The notes beneath the pieces are model-generated. The model did not search any database and was not told the origin of the DNA. It saw only the letters and a list, made by a program, of their open reading frames with translations. Source: a virus (lineage: Duplodnaviria > Caudoviricetes). Taken from it: a DNA stretch of 64,000 bases. Below are positions 16,417-26,848 of this stretch, piece by piece. The stretch is from IMG/VR virus record IMGVR_UViG_3300009680_000012, positions 438 to 64,437 of that record. One strand, written 5' to 3'. The position numbers and the translations under genes are program-made. The first letter of the stretch is position 1. The number at the start of each line of letters is the position of its first letter.

Positions 16417-16629
16417 TTGAAGGAGTGGCTGGTGGTTTTAGTATTAATCTGGACACCCCTGGTTTGTATAAGCTCCGTGATTATCGGGGCTTATATTATG
16501 TGGTGCAAAGAAAAAGGCGCAAACCCTCTTAATGATGTGAAGATGTTTGTTAACCGTAACGATGACACTAAATGGAACCCTAAAGTAGATGGGTATAAAG
16601 AAGATAATATGCCGGGATTTTATGATTAA
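16417..16629 (+). CDS. Small membrane protein
   Basis: N-terminal TM helix; AGGGAGG RBS. Confidence 0.7.
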   Translation: MKEWLVVLVLIWTPLVCISSVIIGAYIMWCKEKGANPLNDVKMFVNRNDDTKWNPKVDGYKEDNMPGFYD

Positions 16630-16655
16630 ACCTCCAAGGAAAGGGGGGATAATGT

Positions 16656-18824
16656 GTGCTAGACGAGCTTCTTAAAGAAGAAGAATCAGAGCAAGAGCCT
16701 ATGTCAAATGACCTGGAAGAATTAGAAAGATATACGCGATTAGTACAGCGCGTAACCAATCACCTGGATTGGTGTAAGGGTACTGCGGATAGACAGGATT
16801 TTGAAAAACGCTGTACTGATTCACAAAATTTCTGGCAGGGTAAACATTGGAGTGGTATCAGTTCTTACGGGATTCCTGGGCGTAGTGCTGAGCGTAAAAA
16901 GGTCAAGCCATCCCCAGTAGACAACTTTTTCTTTTCACAAATTGAGGGCATTGTGGGGGATGTATGTGACCAGCCAGCGGATATTATCGTAGAACCCACA
17001 GAGGAATCAGATGAAGAAATAGCCACCCTGTACAACGATGTGGCTAACCACATTTGGCACGTTAACCGGGGAGACAAAGCCCTTAAGTTTCAGGTACGCA
17101 GGGGCATTCTCTACGGGCCTATGGTAGCCAAGGTGTTTTGGGATTCAGAATGGGCGGGAGGTGCGAGTAACCCCTATGTGGGGGAGGTACGAGTAACCAT
17201 GTTTCCTCCTACCCAGTTATTTGTGGACCCGAGAATTAAAGCAGTAGAACCCGGCGTTATTCAACAGGCCGGGTTTGTTATTTATGGAGTACGCAGGTCA
17301 CTCCACCAGATACGAGAGACTTACCCTGAACGGGGTTCTTTTGTTACTGCTGATTCATACGCCAGTTATATCTCAACCCTAGACCCTTATGAAAGTACAT
17401 ATTCCACAGACCCGCATGATTCGTCGGCTTTGGTTATTGAGTATTACTATCGGGGCAAACCCCTAGCACCTAAATTTCCGGCAACTTTGGAGTATGACGA
17501 ATTCAAGGATAACCGGGGGGAAGGGGTTCATTTGGCGGTAGTAGCCGGAAATGAATTGCTGCGGCATGTACCGTATATAGCTCCCAAGTACCCGTTTGTA
17601 ATGGAATGGATGTATCCCAGTGACGATAGTATCTACTGTTATGGTGATGGTCATTTCATGCTGGTACCACAACTGGTAATTAACAAGAGTAATGAGATAG
17701 CTATTGAAGGTAACGCAATTCAAGCCTACGGTAACTGGGTTACAGACGAAGGGAACGTGCGTGATGTAGCAACGTTTCAACGGTTAGCTCAGACTGGGGG
17801 CGCATTGCTATCCTTTGTGGATATTAACCGGGCTAGACGCGATATGGCGGGTGGAGTAGCTTCTTCAGTATTTAACCAGTATAACCAGGAACAACGTGCT
17901 ATGGAGACTGTAACGGGTAGGCTGGATATTTCACAAGGACGTGCACCAAGGGGCATACGGGCAGCGTCAGCTATTTCTATGCTGCTTAGTCAGGCAGCAG
18001 GTAGAATTAAATCCCGTTCTGATGCAGTCTCCAGTTTTGTGCAACAGATTATGGAGTTGTCTTTGATGTTTGCTGGTAAGCACTACCTTGATGAACGAAC
18101 GCTTAGGTTAAAAGGTCCGAACGGCAGACCAGTGTGGAAAAACATTAGTGCTGATAATTTAAGGAAGATTAAAGTATATCAGAGTCCGACTACTGGCATG
18201 ATGGTTGAAGAAGAATACATTCCTGAGTTTGACATTAAAGTGATTGCCGGGGCAGAGACTCCAACCTCCAGAGCGTACTACGCAGAAATGGCTACGCAGT
18301 TATTTCAGGCCGGGGCAATTGACCAGGAAGCTCTATTGGAAGTACACAAGTTTCCACGTTGGCGTGAGGTACTTGTTCGGATGCAGACCAAAGCACAGGC
18401 TATGCAACAAGCGCAAGCACCTGCTCCTGGTAGTATGGGAATGCCCCAAGGTCCGCCGGATATGGGAGGTATAGGTTTACCACAAGGTATACCAGATATG
18501 GGACAAGGGGCTGGAGCAATACCCCCTGAGCTTTTGGATATGTTGATCCAGAGAGGGGAACAACCAGCACCAGAGGAACAGATGAACCCGGAAATGTTTA
18601 TTCAGTCTTTGCTGGAGGAAGGTGTACCTCCTGAAGCAATACAGCAGATTCTAATGGAGTTAATGGCTGGTGGACAAGAACAACCGGGGATGCCGGGGCC
18701 AGCACCAATTAATCCCGGTTATAACCCTGAAGTAAATCCACAGAGTAATATCGGTGGGGGTGGTGGCTTAAATGTTTTAGCAGACTTAGTCAATAGTTTA
18801 CAACGCGCTAATACCGGGTACTAA
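16656..18824 (+). CDS. Portal protein (P22-like)
   Basis: Follows terL; FWQGKHW, IIVEPTEESDEEIA..L, LFVDP, ETVTGRLDISQG motifs; low-complexity Q/P/G/M tail. Confidence 0.88.
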   Translation: MLDELLKEEESEQEPMSNDLEELERYTRLVQRVTNHLDWCKGTADRQDFEKRCTDSQNFWQGKHWSGISSYGIPGRSAERKKVKPSPVDNFFFSQIEGIVGDVCDQPADIIVEPTEESDEEIATLYNDVANHIWHVNRGDKALKFQVRRGILYGPMVAKVFWDSEWAGGASNPYVGEVRVTMFPPTQLFVDPRIKAVEPGVIQQAGFVIYGVRRSLHQIRETYPERGSFVTADSYASYISTLDPYESTYSTDPHDSSALVIEYYYRGKPLAPKFPATLEYDEFKDNRGEGVHLAVVAGNELLRHVPYIAPKYPFVMEWMYPSDDSIYCYGDGHFMLVPQLVINKSNEIAIEGNAIQAYGNWVTDEGNVRDVATFQRLAQTGGALLSFVDINRARRDMAGGVASSVFNQYNQEQRAMETVTGRLDISQGRAPRGIRAASAISMLLSQAAGRIKSRSDAVSSFVQQIMELSLMFAGKHYLDERTLRLKGPNGRPVWKNISADNLRKIKVYQSPTTGMMVEEEYIPEFDIKVIAGAETPTSRAYYAEMATQLFQAGAIDQEALLEVHKFPRWREVLVRMQTKAQAMQQAQAPAPGSMGMPQGPPDMGGIGLPQGIPDMGQGAGAIPPELLDMLIQRGEQPAPEEQMNPEMFIQSLLEEGVPPEAIQQILMELMAGGQEQPGMPGPAPINPGYNPEVNPQSNIGGGGGLNVLADLVNSLQRANTGY

Positions 18825-18895
18825 TGCCTCCCTGTGGGCATAAACACAGCGGTTAATTACCCGACAACGGGGTTAAGTTGAAGGAGGTTTTATTT

Positions 18896-19750
18896 ATGTC
18901 TAAGGAATTTGATCTTTATGAGCCTACAGGTATGCTGGACTTGCAGTTATTTGGCTTGGATGATGACGATGATGGTATTGATACTGAGCTGGATGAACTG
19001 CTTAAAGACCTGGATGGTTCAGATGATGACGCTGATGATGACGATGATGACATTTTCAGCGGGCTTGAGGATGATGATGACGATGAACCTCAATCGTCAG
19101 TTAAAAAACGCATTTCAAATGCGGTACGTACTCGCTTAGCCCGAGAAAAGGCTAAACAACAACGGGAAGAAGAAAACTTTTCAAAGATGTTTGGGATAAC
19201 CCCCAAGCAAGCCTATGAAATGGCGTTAGCCCAGGCAGTACAGAACCAGAATAACCCAGTACCGCCACAACCTAATAACGCTCCCCCGATGCCCCAGAAT
19301 GGTGCGCCGATTACTGATCCACGCTTGGCCAGTGCTTTAGAATATGTGGAATCGCGCCGGGTGCAGGATGCTATGGAAGCAGAAGCAATGGAATTCGCGC
19401 ATAAGTTTCCAGGGGTTACGTTTGAGCAGTTGCCTGAAGAGGTTAAGATTCGACGGTCTAAGGGTGGTGTTTCTCTTGCAGAAGCGTACAGCATGTATCT
19501 GGGAGGTAATCTGGAGAAAATTGTTACGGAGGCTAAGAAGAAGGGTGTCAAGGAAACCCTGTTGGGTGTGACCAAGAGCAGAGCAGTAAAAACTGAAGGG
19601 GCAGATTTCGGAGCATCATTTAATAATGATGTGTTTGATAGCTTTGAGCCTGAAGATCAAGAGATTGCCCGGAGTGCTTTTGGTATGACACCTAAAGAAC
19701 TCGCTAAGTTTAACAAAGTAGCGCAAAAGGCTAGAGAACTTGGTATGTAA
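18896..19750 (+). CDS. Capsid scaffolding protein
   Basis: LDLQLFG motif, poly-Asp tract, coiled coil; lies between portal and capsid genes. Confidence 0.75.
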   Translation: MSKEFDLYEPTGMLDLQLFGLDDDDDGIDTELDELLKDLDGSDDDADDDDDDIFSGLEDDDDDEPQSSVKKRISNAVRTRLAREKAKQQREEENFSKMFGITPKQAYEMALAQAVQNQNNPVPPQPNNAPPMPQNGAPITDPRLASALEYVESRRVQDAMEAEAMEFAHKFPGVTFEQLPEEVKIRRSKGGVSLAEAYSMYLGGNLEKIVTEAKKKGVKETLLGVTKSRAVKTEGADFGASFNNDVFDSFEPEDQEIARSAFGMTPKELAKFNKVAQKARELGM

Positions 19751-19768
19751 TATGGAGGTGAATGCTTA

Positions 19769-20188
19769 ATGTTTAGACTTGTTAACCAATATAGTGAGGC
19801 ACCTATTTTCATAACGCTGCCTGTTACTGACAATGAAGCAATTTATGACGGACAGGCATTGATTTTGAGTAGCGGTAAGTTAACCAAAGCTGCTGCTGGT
19901 GGTGACATTGGCTTTATAGCTCAGCAGGATGTGGCGGCTGGTTTAGGTAACACCTGTCGGGTAATTGTAGTAACTCCTAACCAAGTGTGGGAAGTTGATT
20001 ATGTAGGTAGTGCTGATGCTGGTTTTATTATTGGTTGTGACTCTGCGGACCTTGATACTGACGTTGGTAGTGGCGTTGGTTTAAATCTTAATTCTGCTGA
20101 TATTGTTGGTGGTCCTTGTGCCATCCTTAAGAAAGACGCTACCAATAAGAAATGCCATGTCATTGTTAAGAATCGGCAAATGTCCTAA
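19769..20188 (+). CDS. Capsid decoration/cement protein
   Basis: Small beta-rich protein immediately upstream of the major capsid gene. Confidence 0.6.
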   Translation: MFRLVNQYSEAPIFITLPVTDNEAIYDGQALILSSGKLTKAAAGGDIGFIAQQDVAAGLGNTCRVIVVTPNQVWEVDYVGSADAGFIIGCDSADLDTDVGSGVGLNLNSADIVGGPCAILKKDATNKKCHVIVKNRQMS

Positions 20189-20218
20189 ATTGTTAAGTTG
20201 AAATGGGGGTGTTAATTT

Positions 20219-21154
20219 ATGGGAGTTATGACTAGAGAACGGTTCCAAAACCTGCTTGAACCCTATGTGTGGAAAGTCTATACCCAGACCATGAACCAAG
20301 AAGGCGACATAATTCCACAGCTTTATGACGTAAATACCTCTACTAAAGCGTTTGAGAAATTTACGGGAATCGGTTCCTTGGGACTGATGAAAAAATGGAA
20401 TGGTACGGTATATTACGATGATGTTCGTGCCCTGTGGGATAAGACTTATATCCACCAGAAATACAGCATGGGTATTATGATTGAACGCGACCTGTGGGAT
20501 GACGCGCAATACTCTGAGGTTAAAGACCGCGTTAATCAGGTAATGCTTTCTATCTTTCGTACCCGGCAGATTCATGCTACTATCCCGTTTGAGAAAGCTT
20601 TTGTAACTTCTTTTACGGACGATGAGGGTGATACCATTAGTACCGCAGGACCGGACGGTGTGGCTCTTTGTGCTGTTAATCATCCGACCTTTCCTGGTGC
20701 TTCTGCTGCTGGTGATTTACAGAGTAACTTGGGTTCTTCGGCGTTGAGCTTGGATGCTTTAGAAACAACCAAACTTGCTATGAAGGAATTCAAAGATGAC
20801 CGGGGTAAGAAACTTCTGATTGTTCCCGATACAGTTATTATTCCTCCTAATTTGGAGTACCAGTTTGACGAAATGATGAAGTCGGAGGGTCGTTATGACA
20901 CGGCTAACCGGGTTGACAATGTTCGTCGGGGTGCATACAAAAAGATCGTTCTGGATTTCTTGACTGACACTAACGCTTGGTTTATGGTTGACTCTAAACT
21001 GATGAAGCAATACCTGAAGTGGTTTGAGCGTAGAAAGCCTACTCCGGAGAGGGACGAGGACTTTGACACTGAAGTTCTTAAATGGAAATTTATTTCCAGA
21101 TATTCCTTTGGCTTTCATGGTTGGCACTTTGTATATGGAAACAATCCTGGGTAA
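20219..21154 (+). CDS. Major capsid protein (Mu gpT-like, HK97 fold)
   Basis: STKAFEK..G.G.M..W..TVYYD, KYSMGI.I.R.LWDD, LIVPDTVIIPPNLE, AWFMVD, RYSFGFHGWHFVYGN. Confidence 0.9.
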   Translation: MGVMTRERFQNLLEPYVWKVYTQTMNQEGDIIPQLYDVNTSTKAFEKFTGIGSLGLMKKWNGTVYYDDVRALWDKTYIHQKYSMGIMIERDLWDDAQYSEVKDRVNQVMLSIFRTRQIHATIPFEKAFVTSFTDDEGDTISTAGPDGVALCAVNHPTFPGASAAGDLQSNLGSSALSLDALETTKLAMKEFKDDRGKKLLIVPDTVIIPPNLEYQFDEMMKSEGRYDTANRVDNVRRGAYKKIVLDFLTDTNAWFMVDSKLMKQYLKWFERRKPTPERDEDFDTEVLKWKFISRYSFGFHGWHFVYGNNPG

Positions 21155-21241
21155 TTCGGGTTTTTCGTGTGACATTACCTCTTAGGTAGTGCCGTAAATT
21201 TAGGTGGGGGGCTTAATAGCCCCCTGCTACATTAGGAGGGA

Positions 21242-21739
21242 TTGTTAATGGGTATTACACATTTTGACGCTATCGCACTTGCAGAGGGTAAACTTTATGC
21301 AGGCAAAAAAGGTGAAGAGGTTTTGGTACTTCAAGCAACACCAAGGCTGGAGTGTATTTCTAAAGAGTGTGCTATTACAGGTTTTACTGATGGTGGTGGT
21401 ACGTCTGGTTATATAGACTTTGCTGCTAATTCTTTACCCGCCGGAGCTATCCCACTAGGATGGAAAGCTGTGGTAACAGAGGGATTTGACGGTAATAGTT
21501 CTGCCACAATTTCCGTGGGTGTGTCTGGTGACACTGATCGGTTTAGTGCTGATACCGCGCAATCGGTTGCTGCTGCTGGAGTAGTTGGTTCTTCGGCCCT
21601 GGCTGCGGATGCTTGTGACGGCATTGGTGCGGCACAGACCCCCAGAGTTACTGTTACTACTGCTTCAGACTTTACTGCTGCTAAAAGTGACGGTGACGGA
21701 GTTATGACGGTTTACCTGTATTACTTGCGTACTGCTTAA
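21242..21739 (+). CDS. Putative virion structural (decoration) protein
   Basis: Ala/Gly/Thr-rich beta protein following the capsid gene. Confidence 0.55.
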   Translation: MLMGITHFDAIALAEGKLYAGKKGEEVLVLQATPRLECISKECAITGFTDGGGTSGYIDFAANSLPAGAIPLGWKAVVTEGFDGNSSATISVGVSGDTDRFSADTAQSVAAAGVVGSSALAADACDGIGAAQTPRVTVTTASDFTAAKSDGDGVMTVYLYYLRTA

Positions 21740-21794
21740 TCATTAATCCGGGAGGTGAGTGTGGGGTATTCTTTAGGGGATACCCCACAATTTT

Positions 21795-22415
21795 ATGAAT
21801 TTAATCGGTTTGTGTAATTTATATTGGTGGTCTATAAACGATAACCCGGATAACCCTTTGCTTATAAGTAAAGAAATGATTGTACAGTTTTTAAATGATG
21901 CTGTTAAAGAATTGTCTCAGGTTGTGGATTATAAAAAATATGCTGAGATAATTCCTGAAGATAGTACAGGAATAATACCCCTTCCTACAGATGTAATTAA
22001 AATAGAAAAAGCTAGATGGAGTGACAAAGACCTGTCACCTATCTCTGATATACATACGGCCTTACTTTATAAACCTGATCGTAAGGTGTCTCAATACTAT
22101 CATTTAAACCTAGCTACTGTACAGGTGTTTCCTGCCCCCAAAGAAGATGATACGGGGCCATTAAAAATCTGGTATAAAGCGTATTTACCTGCGCTAATTA
22201 ATGACAATGATGCCCCTGTGGATATTCCAGAAGAATACCACAAGGATTTAGCTCTAGTTTTTGTGCGCGCGCAACATGCGTTTAAAATGGGCAGGTACTC
22301 TGAATATCAATTTTTGGCTAACCTTTGGGAAGATATAAAGAAAGAACTGGGTGGAGAGTATACCAGTCGAGTAGTTACTGTAATAGACGAAAACCAGGGA
22401 AGGTTTAATTGGTAG
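21795..22415 (+). CDS. Head-tail adaptor (podovirus-type)
   Basis: IVQFLNDAVKEL, LPTDVIKIEKAR, IPEEYHKDLALVFV; position fits. Confidence 0.7.
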   Translation: MNLIGLCNLYWWSINDNPDNPLLISKEMIVQFLNDAVKELSQVVDYKKYAEIIPEDSTGIIPLPTDVIKIEKARWSDKDLSPISDIHTALLYKPDRKVSQYYHLNLATVQVFPAPKEDDTGPLKIWYKAYLPALINDNDAPVDIPEEYHKDLALVFVRAQHAFKMGRYSEYQFLANLWEDIKKELGGEYTSRVVTVIDENQGRFNW

Positions 22416-22426
22416 GTGGTGTTTAA

Positions 22427-24850
22427 GTGCGTAAATCCTTAAGAAAAAGTATAGGCAACCCTAGTATTATTCCCGAATATGTTTCTTGGGAAGGGTTAGT
22501 TGGGGTTGATTTGATTAGCGACAACACCAGACTGAAGAGAAATCACGTAGTGTGGGCTACCAATGCTGACTTTATCTACAATAAAATGGGAGCTATTTCT
22601 AAAGCTCCGGGGGCTGGCTCTTTATTTTTTGTACCTCCCCCAATAAAGGGAGCGCATATAGCCGACCTAAATAATAGACAGTATATGCTTATTGCCAACA
22701 CCACTGATTTATATGTTATTCCTGGTGGTAGGCAAATATTTGTAACTACTACTAAAGATGATTGGGATACAGGAACCTTTACTGATTTAGTAGCGTCATC
22801 TGATGGTAAATTACAGTTTGATACAAATTGTTTTGGTACTGGTACTTGGGTATCTCCTTCTTATTGGTTATCGTCTATTGTCTATGAATTGCTTTTTACT
22901 TATACCCAAAGCGTACCTAAGTTTTCTAGTATTACGGTAGAATACTCAGTAAGCAATAACAATACTGATTGGTCTGAATGGTTAATTATTCCTACTTCGG
23001 GTATACCTGATGAAGTTGGTAAATATATACGTTTTAAATTTACGGTTATTCGTGAGCCATATTGGGAAAGTTCAATTAGTAAAGCAGACGCCTTCATTTG
23101 TGGAGAGGACACTGACATAATAGGTACTGATGAAGATAGCGCAATTTTATTTTTAGAAACTTTATTTGATGATGCAACTAATACAATATACCCGGATGTT
23201 AACGTAGACAGATATGAGTTTTACACCAGGGTAGAGTTTGAACCAGTAAATGAACCAGAACTTATTTATACTGGCTTTACAGGTAATAAAGTAAGGTTTA
23301 CTGATTACATGGATAAAACTTATATTGCCGCTGGAGGTAGGCCATTAGTATTTAATGGTACTACTATACGCCCGGTAGGAGTAGACCCCCCTACCACTAA
23401 AGGTACGTTAGCGGCTTCCGCAGAAGCAGGAAACCCTGATGGTGACTATTACATGGTGTACACTTATGTTAATGAGGATAACGTAGAATCTACCGCAAGT
23501 CCGGTATCTGATAAACTTACTGTAAGTGAATACAAATTAGATTATTCTGATATAGCGGTAGGGCCAGCAGGTACAAAAGCACGTAGAATTTACCGTAGTA
23601 TGTCTGATGCACCAGGAGTATTCTACCTTGTGGCAACTATAGACAATAATACGGATACTACATACACCGGGGATAACTACTCTGATTTAGAATTAGCGGC
23701 TAATGCTTTGTTGGAAGATGATAACCAAGTACCCCCTAACGCATCTATAGTTTACTTACATTTGGATACTATGTTTTATGTGTCCAGTGATGTAGAAAAT
23801 CAGTTATGGTTTTCTAAACCCGGTAGGCCAGAGCATGTTCCCAATACTTCTGAAAAACAGTTTTACATATATTTTCCTTCTGGGGTTAAGTTAGTGCGTT
23901 CTTTTTCCAACAGGCTATTTGTTTCTGGTTTTAATTTTACTAAATTTGTATCGGGTACGATATTCCACAGTGATCCTACTGTTTCAGATATTGTAATCAA
24001 AGATTTGGGCAGGCTAGGCGCGTTAAACCAAGAGTGTGGTACATTCCTTAATTCTCCTAAAGGGTATATGGGACTGGCTATATTAACAGATACGCAAGAA
24101 ATTTTCAGTATTTATCCCACATTGGTTGAGGATATTTTTAACGTCACACCTGTATCTGTTAATGTATCTTCTATATTAAGGGACAATGTTGGTTGGGATA
24201 CCAGCTTAGTGTACGCTTTTCAAGATAACTTATACATTGTGTTTAATCCTGGTGATCCTAACTTACCGGACAGGTCTGTGGCTGTCTATAATACGATTCA
24301 TAAAGAATGGCAGGGATTTAGGTTTTTAGATATTGCTTGTTATATATCCACTCCTTGGAGATTGTACTCTATTTCAGAAAGTGGTTCGGTACTATTTCAT
24401 TTTACTAATGATGATTTGTTAGTTTGGGGCAAACGGTGGGGTGGTTTTTACGGTTATCTACCCACAAGTATAGAAGAAAATCCGGTTGAGTTTGTGGTAG
24501 ATACGGGATACAAAACCCCGAACAAAATGCAACGGGCAAGATTTTCTTACTTACAGCTTATCGTTGCCGAAGACAGCTTAACAGATAACACAGAAGCAAC
24601 AGTTGTGGTGGATGGCTTAGCACAAACAATACCGTTGGGGCCAATTAATAACTGGAATGTTAGTTCTTTAAGTTCTCCGGGGTATGGTATTGGTAGACAG
24701 GACGCAGTAATATCACCGCTATTCCCATTGAATTTACCTCCAGGAAGGTTTGTTGGGGTAAGGATAAAAGATACATCTAATAATCCTTTAACTATTTACG
24801 GTATAGTTGTGGTTTGTGAACCTGTTTATTCCATGTGGGGAGGGATTTAA
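22427..24850 (+). CDS. Tail nozzle/tube protein
   Basis: 807-aa beta-rich protein after the adaptor; LWFSKPGRPEH-like propeller motif. Confidence 0.65.
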   Translation: MRKSLRKSIGNPSIIPEYVSWEGLVGVDLISDNTRLKRNHVVWATNADFIYNKMGAISKAPGAGSLFFVPPPIKGAHIADLNNRQYMLIANTTDLYVIPGGRQIFVTTTKDDWDTGTFTDLVASSDGKLQFDTNCFGTGTWVSPSYWLSSIVYELLFTYTQSVPKFSSITVEYSVSNNNTDWSEWLIIPTSGIPDEVGKYIRFKFTVIREPYWESSISKADAFICGEDTDIIGTDEDSAILFLETLFDDATNTIYPDVNVDRYEFYTRVEFEPVNEPELIYTGFTGNKVRFTDYMDKTYIAAGGRPLVFNGTTIRPVGVDPPTTKGTLAASAEAGNPDGDYYMVYTYVNEDNVESTASPVSDKLTVSEYKLDYSDIAVGPAGTKARRIYRSMSDAPGVFYLVATIDNNTDTTYTGDNYSDLELAANALLEDDNQVPPNASIVYLHLDTMFYVSSDVENQLWFSKPGRPEHVPNTSEKQFYIYFPSGVKLVRSFSNRLFVSGFNFTKFVSGTIFHSDPTVSDIVIKDLGRLGALNQECGTFLNSPKGYMGLAILTDTQEIFSIYPTLVEDIFNVTPVSVNVSSILRDNVGWDTSLVYAFQDNLYIVFNPGDPNLPDRSVAVYNTIHKEWQGFRFLDIACYISTPWRLYSISESGSVLFHFTNDDLLVWGKRWGGFYGYLPTSIEENPVEFVVDTGYKTPNKMQRARFSYLQLIVAEDSLTDNTEATVVVDGLAQTIPLGPINNWNVSSLSSPGYGIGRQDAVISPLFPLNLPPGRFVGVRIKDTSNNPLTIYGIVVVCEPVYSMWGGI

Positions 24851-24851
24851 T

Positions 24852-25706
24852 TTGTCTTTTAAATACTTAACTAAACAGTTTTCTGCGAGTGTTGGGCAAA
24901 GGTCAAGAGGTTATGCTGGCCCAGATACGCTTGAAGATGAATTGGATAGACTGTATGCAAGTCTAGACCCTACAAAGACTATCAACTTTCCTGATGGTAC
25001 TACTAGAGTAGGTGGTCTACATGTAGAAAATTTATCAGAAAGTTTTGCGCTGCCTGACACATATATTGGAAATCGTACTGTTAACGATACTGAAACAGTA
25101 AACACAAATACAGGCACACTTACTAAAATATTATCTATGTTTGCGACAATGATTAAAAGGATTGTTGGTGGTGCTAACTGGCGTTCCGCAGTTCCTATAA
25201 CATTAACACAAATTGATACTACATTAAATCAGCTTAATACATCAACAGGCCAAATAGGAAGTTTGTTAGGAGAAGTTGGTACTACTTTAGGGCAGCATGT
25301 AGAAGATACAGAAAACCCACATGAGGTAAATGCTGAACAGATAGGCGCGCTGGTTAGTATCAATAATGTTTCAAATGCCGGAGGTAATATAAATCTTGTC
25401 AGGTCCGCCATGAATGAGACTCTTGATATATCTTTTACGTCAGATAATTTGAGTAAACAGATAGAGGTGTGGGCAGACATTAACAACGGCAAGGTTACTA
25501 ATGCAATGCTTGGTGCTGATGTTAAAGTAGGCAGTTTGTCGGACTTAGAAACTACAGTTAAAACATCTGTTGTAGCAGCAATAAATGAACATTTGAATAA
25601 TGATGATACTCCTCACGTGTTTAAAGATGAAGCACTAAGCGTGTGGTATAGGTTTGTTGTAGATAATGGTGAACCTTTTCTAGAGGTTGTGGGGGTGGGG
25701 CAGTAA
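24852..25706 (+). CDS. Tail-associated structural protein
   Basis: GGGGAGG RBS before TTG; HVEDTENPHEVNAEQIG is a motif seen in tail-fibre shafts. Confidence 0.6.
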   Translation: MSFKYLTKQFSASVGQRSRGYAGPDTLEDELDRLYASLDPTKTINFPDGTTRVGGLHVENLSESFALPDTYIGNRTVNDTETVNTNTGTLTKILSMFATMIKRIVGGANWRSAVPITLTQIDTTLNQLNTSTGQIGSLLGEVGTTLGQHVEDTENPHEVNAEQIGALVSINNVSNAGGNINLVRSAMNETLDISFTSDNLSKQIEVWADINNGKVTNAMLGADVKVGSLSDLETTVKTSVVAAINEHLNNDDTPHVFKDEALSVWYRFVVDNGEPFLEVVGVGQ

Positions 25707-26845
25707 TGCAGGTTGGAGATAGGATACCAATGTCGGGGGTTACTGTTTTAGAGGAAGTGTTTACGCCTGATGCTACAGAAGAGTTAGCCATAACACATAG
25801 AATAAATTTAGAAGAAACACTGGCACCATTAGCTTGGAGTAGGGATGGTAAATATTTATTTTCAGGTATTCAGGGATTGAAGATGTATAAAATAATGAGC
25901 GATGACACGTTACAATTAATGCAACACGCTAGTAGTATGCCCCCAATTGTTGCCATTAAATACGCTAATACCAGTAACCATGTACTTGTTCTGGTTAAAT
26001 ATACTGAAACAGAACAGCATTACTTTTTAGTATACGAGCATACTGGTAATGAGTTTACTTTTTTATTTTCTCACTATGTAGACATACCCGCTACAGTAAC
26101 GTGTATTAGTGTATCTTTCTACGATGCTTATATTGCAATAGGTACTGAAGTACCTGGATCGTCGCTTGCTAGCTTATTGCTTTATAAATGGAATCGTGAT
26201 TATACTTTTACTTTTTTAGATGATGCACAAATCCCAAGTTGCCGTGACGTTGCTTTCGGTAATTCTAGTAACTACATAGCCGCAGTATACGATGTGGGCA
26301 TCGGAGCAGGGGTAGCTTTGTATACTATCACAGAAGGTGGTGTATTAACGCGATTAGATTTATACGCTTTGGGACTGGAAGTAGCTTCAATGGACCCGAT
26401 TGGTGTCGGTTGGTCATCTGACGATTACTGCATAGTAGTTGTAGCACGAGGTACTGATGCTTATACTACGTACTTAATTACTTTTAGCTACGATAAAAAT
26501 GATGGGTTAACAACTATAACTATAGGCCACGATCAGGTTCATACGCAACCAGACAGCGCTAGTATTGTTAACGGCTTAGTAGTAACACTACATAGTACAC
26601 AACCGTCAATGACGTTACGTTGCATAAACGAACATCATGCTTTAGTATATTTAACCGACGAACTTGTAGATGACTTTACTTTTTTTGCGGAAGGTGTTGC
26701 TGCTTCTCCTGTTGGAAATTATATAGCTGCTGCGTATGCCACGGCTGGTACGAATGCCGGACTATTTTTAGTCAAACGAAACGGTACAACTTATGCCACA
26801 CGGATCAGCTATAGAAATAATGAGTATGTTTTAAGTACAGAGTAG
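25706..26845 (+). CDS. WD40-like beta-propeller tail protein
   Basis: Repeated blades: LAWSRDGKYLF, VAFGNSSNYIA, VGWSSDDYCIV, VAASPVGNYIA. Confidence 0.7.
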   Translation: MQVGDRIPMSGVTVLEEVFTPDATEELAITHRINLEETLAPLAWSRDGKYLFSGIQGLKMYKIMSDDTLQLMQHASSMPPIVAIKYANTSNHVLVLVKYTETEQHYFLVYEHTGNEFTFLFSHYVDIPATVTCISVSFYDAYIAIGTEVPGSSLASLLLYKWNRDYTFTFLDDAQIPSCRDVAFGNSSNYIAAVYDVGIGAGVALYTITEGGVLTRLDLYALGLEVASMDPIGVGWSSDDYCIVVVARGTDAYTTYLITFSYDKNDGLTTITIGHDQVHTQPDSASIVNGLVVTLHSTQPSMTLRCINEHHALVYLTDELVDDFTFFAEGVAASPVGNYIAAAYATAGTNAGLFLVKRNGTTYATRISYRNNEYVLSTE

Positions 26846-26848
26846 GGG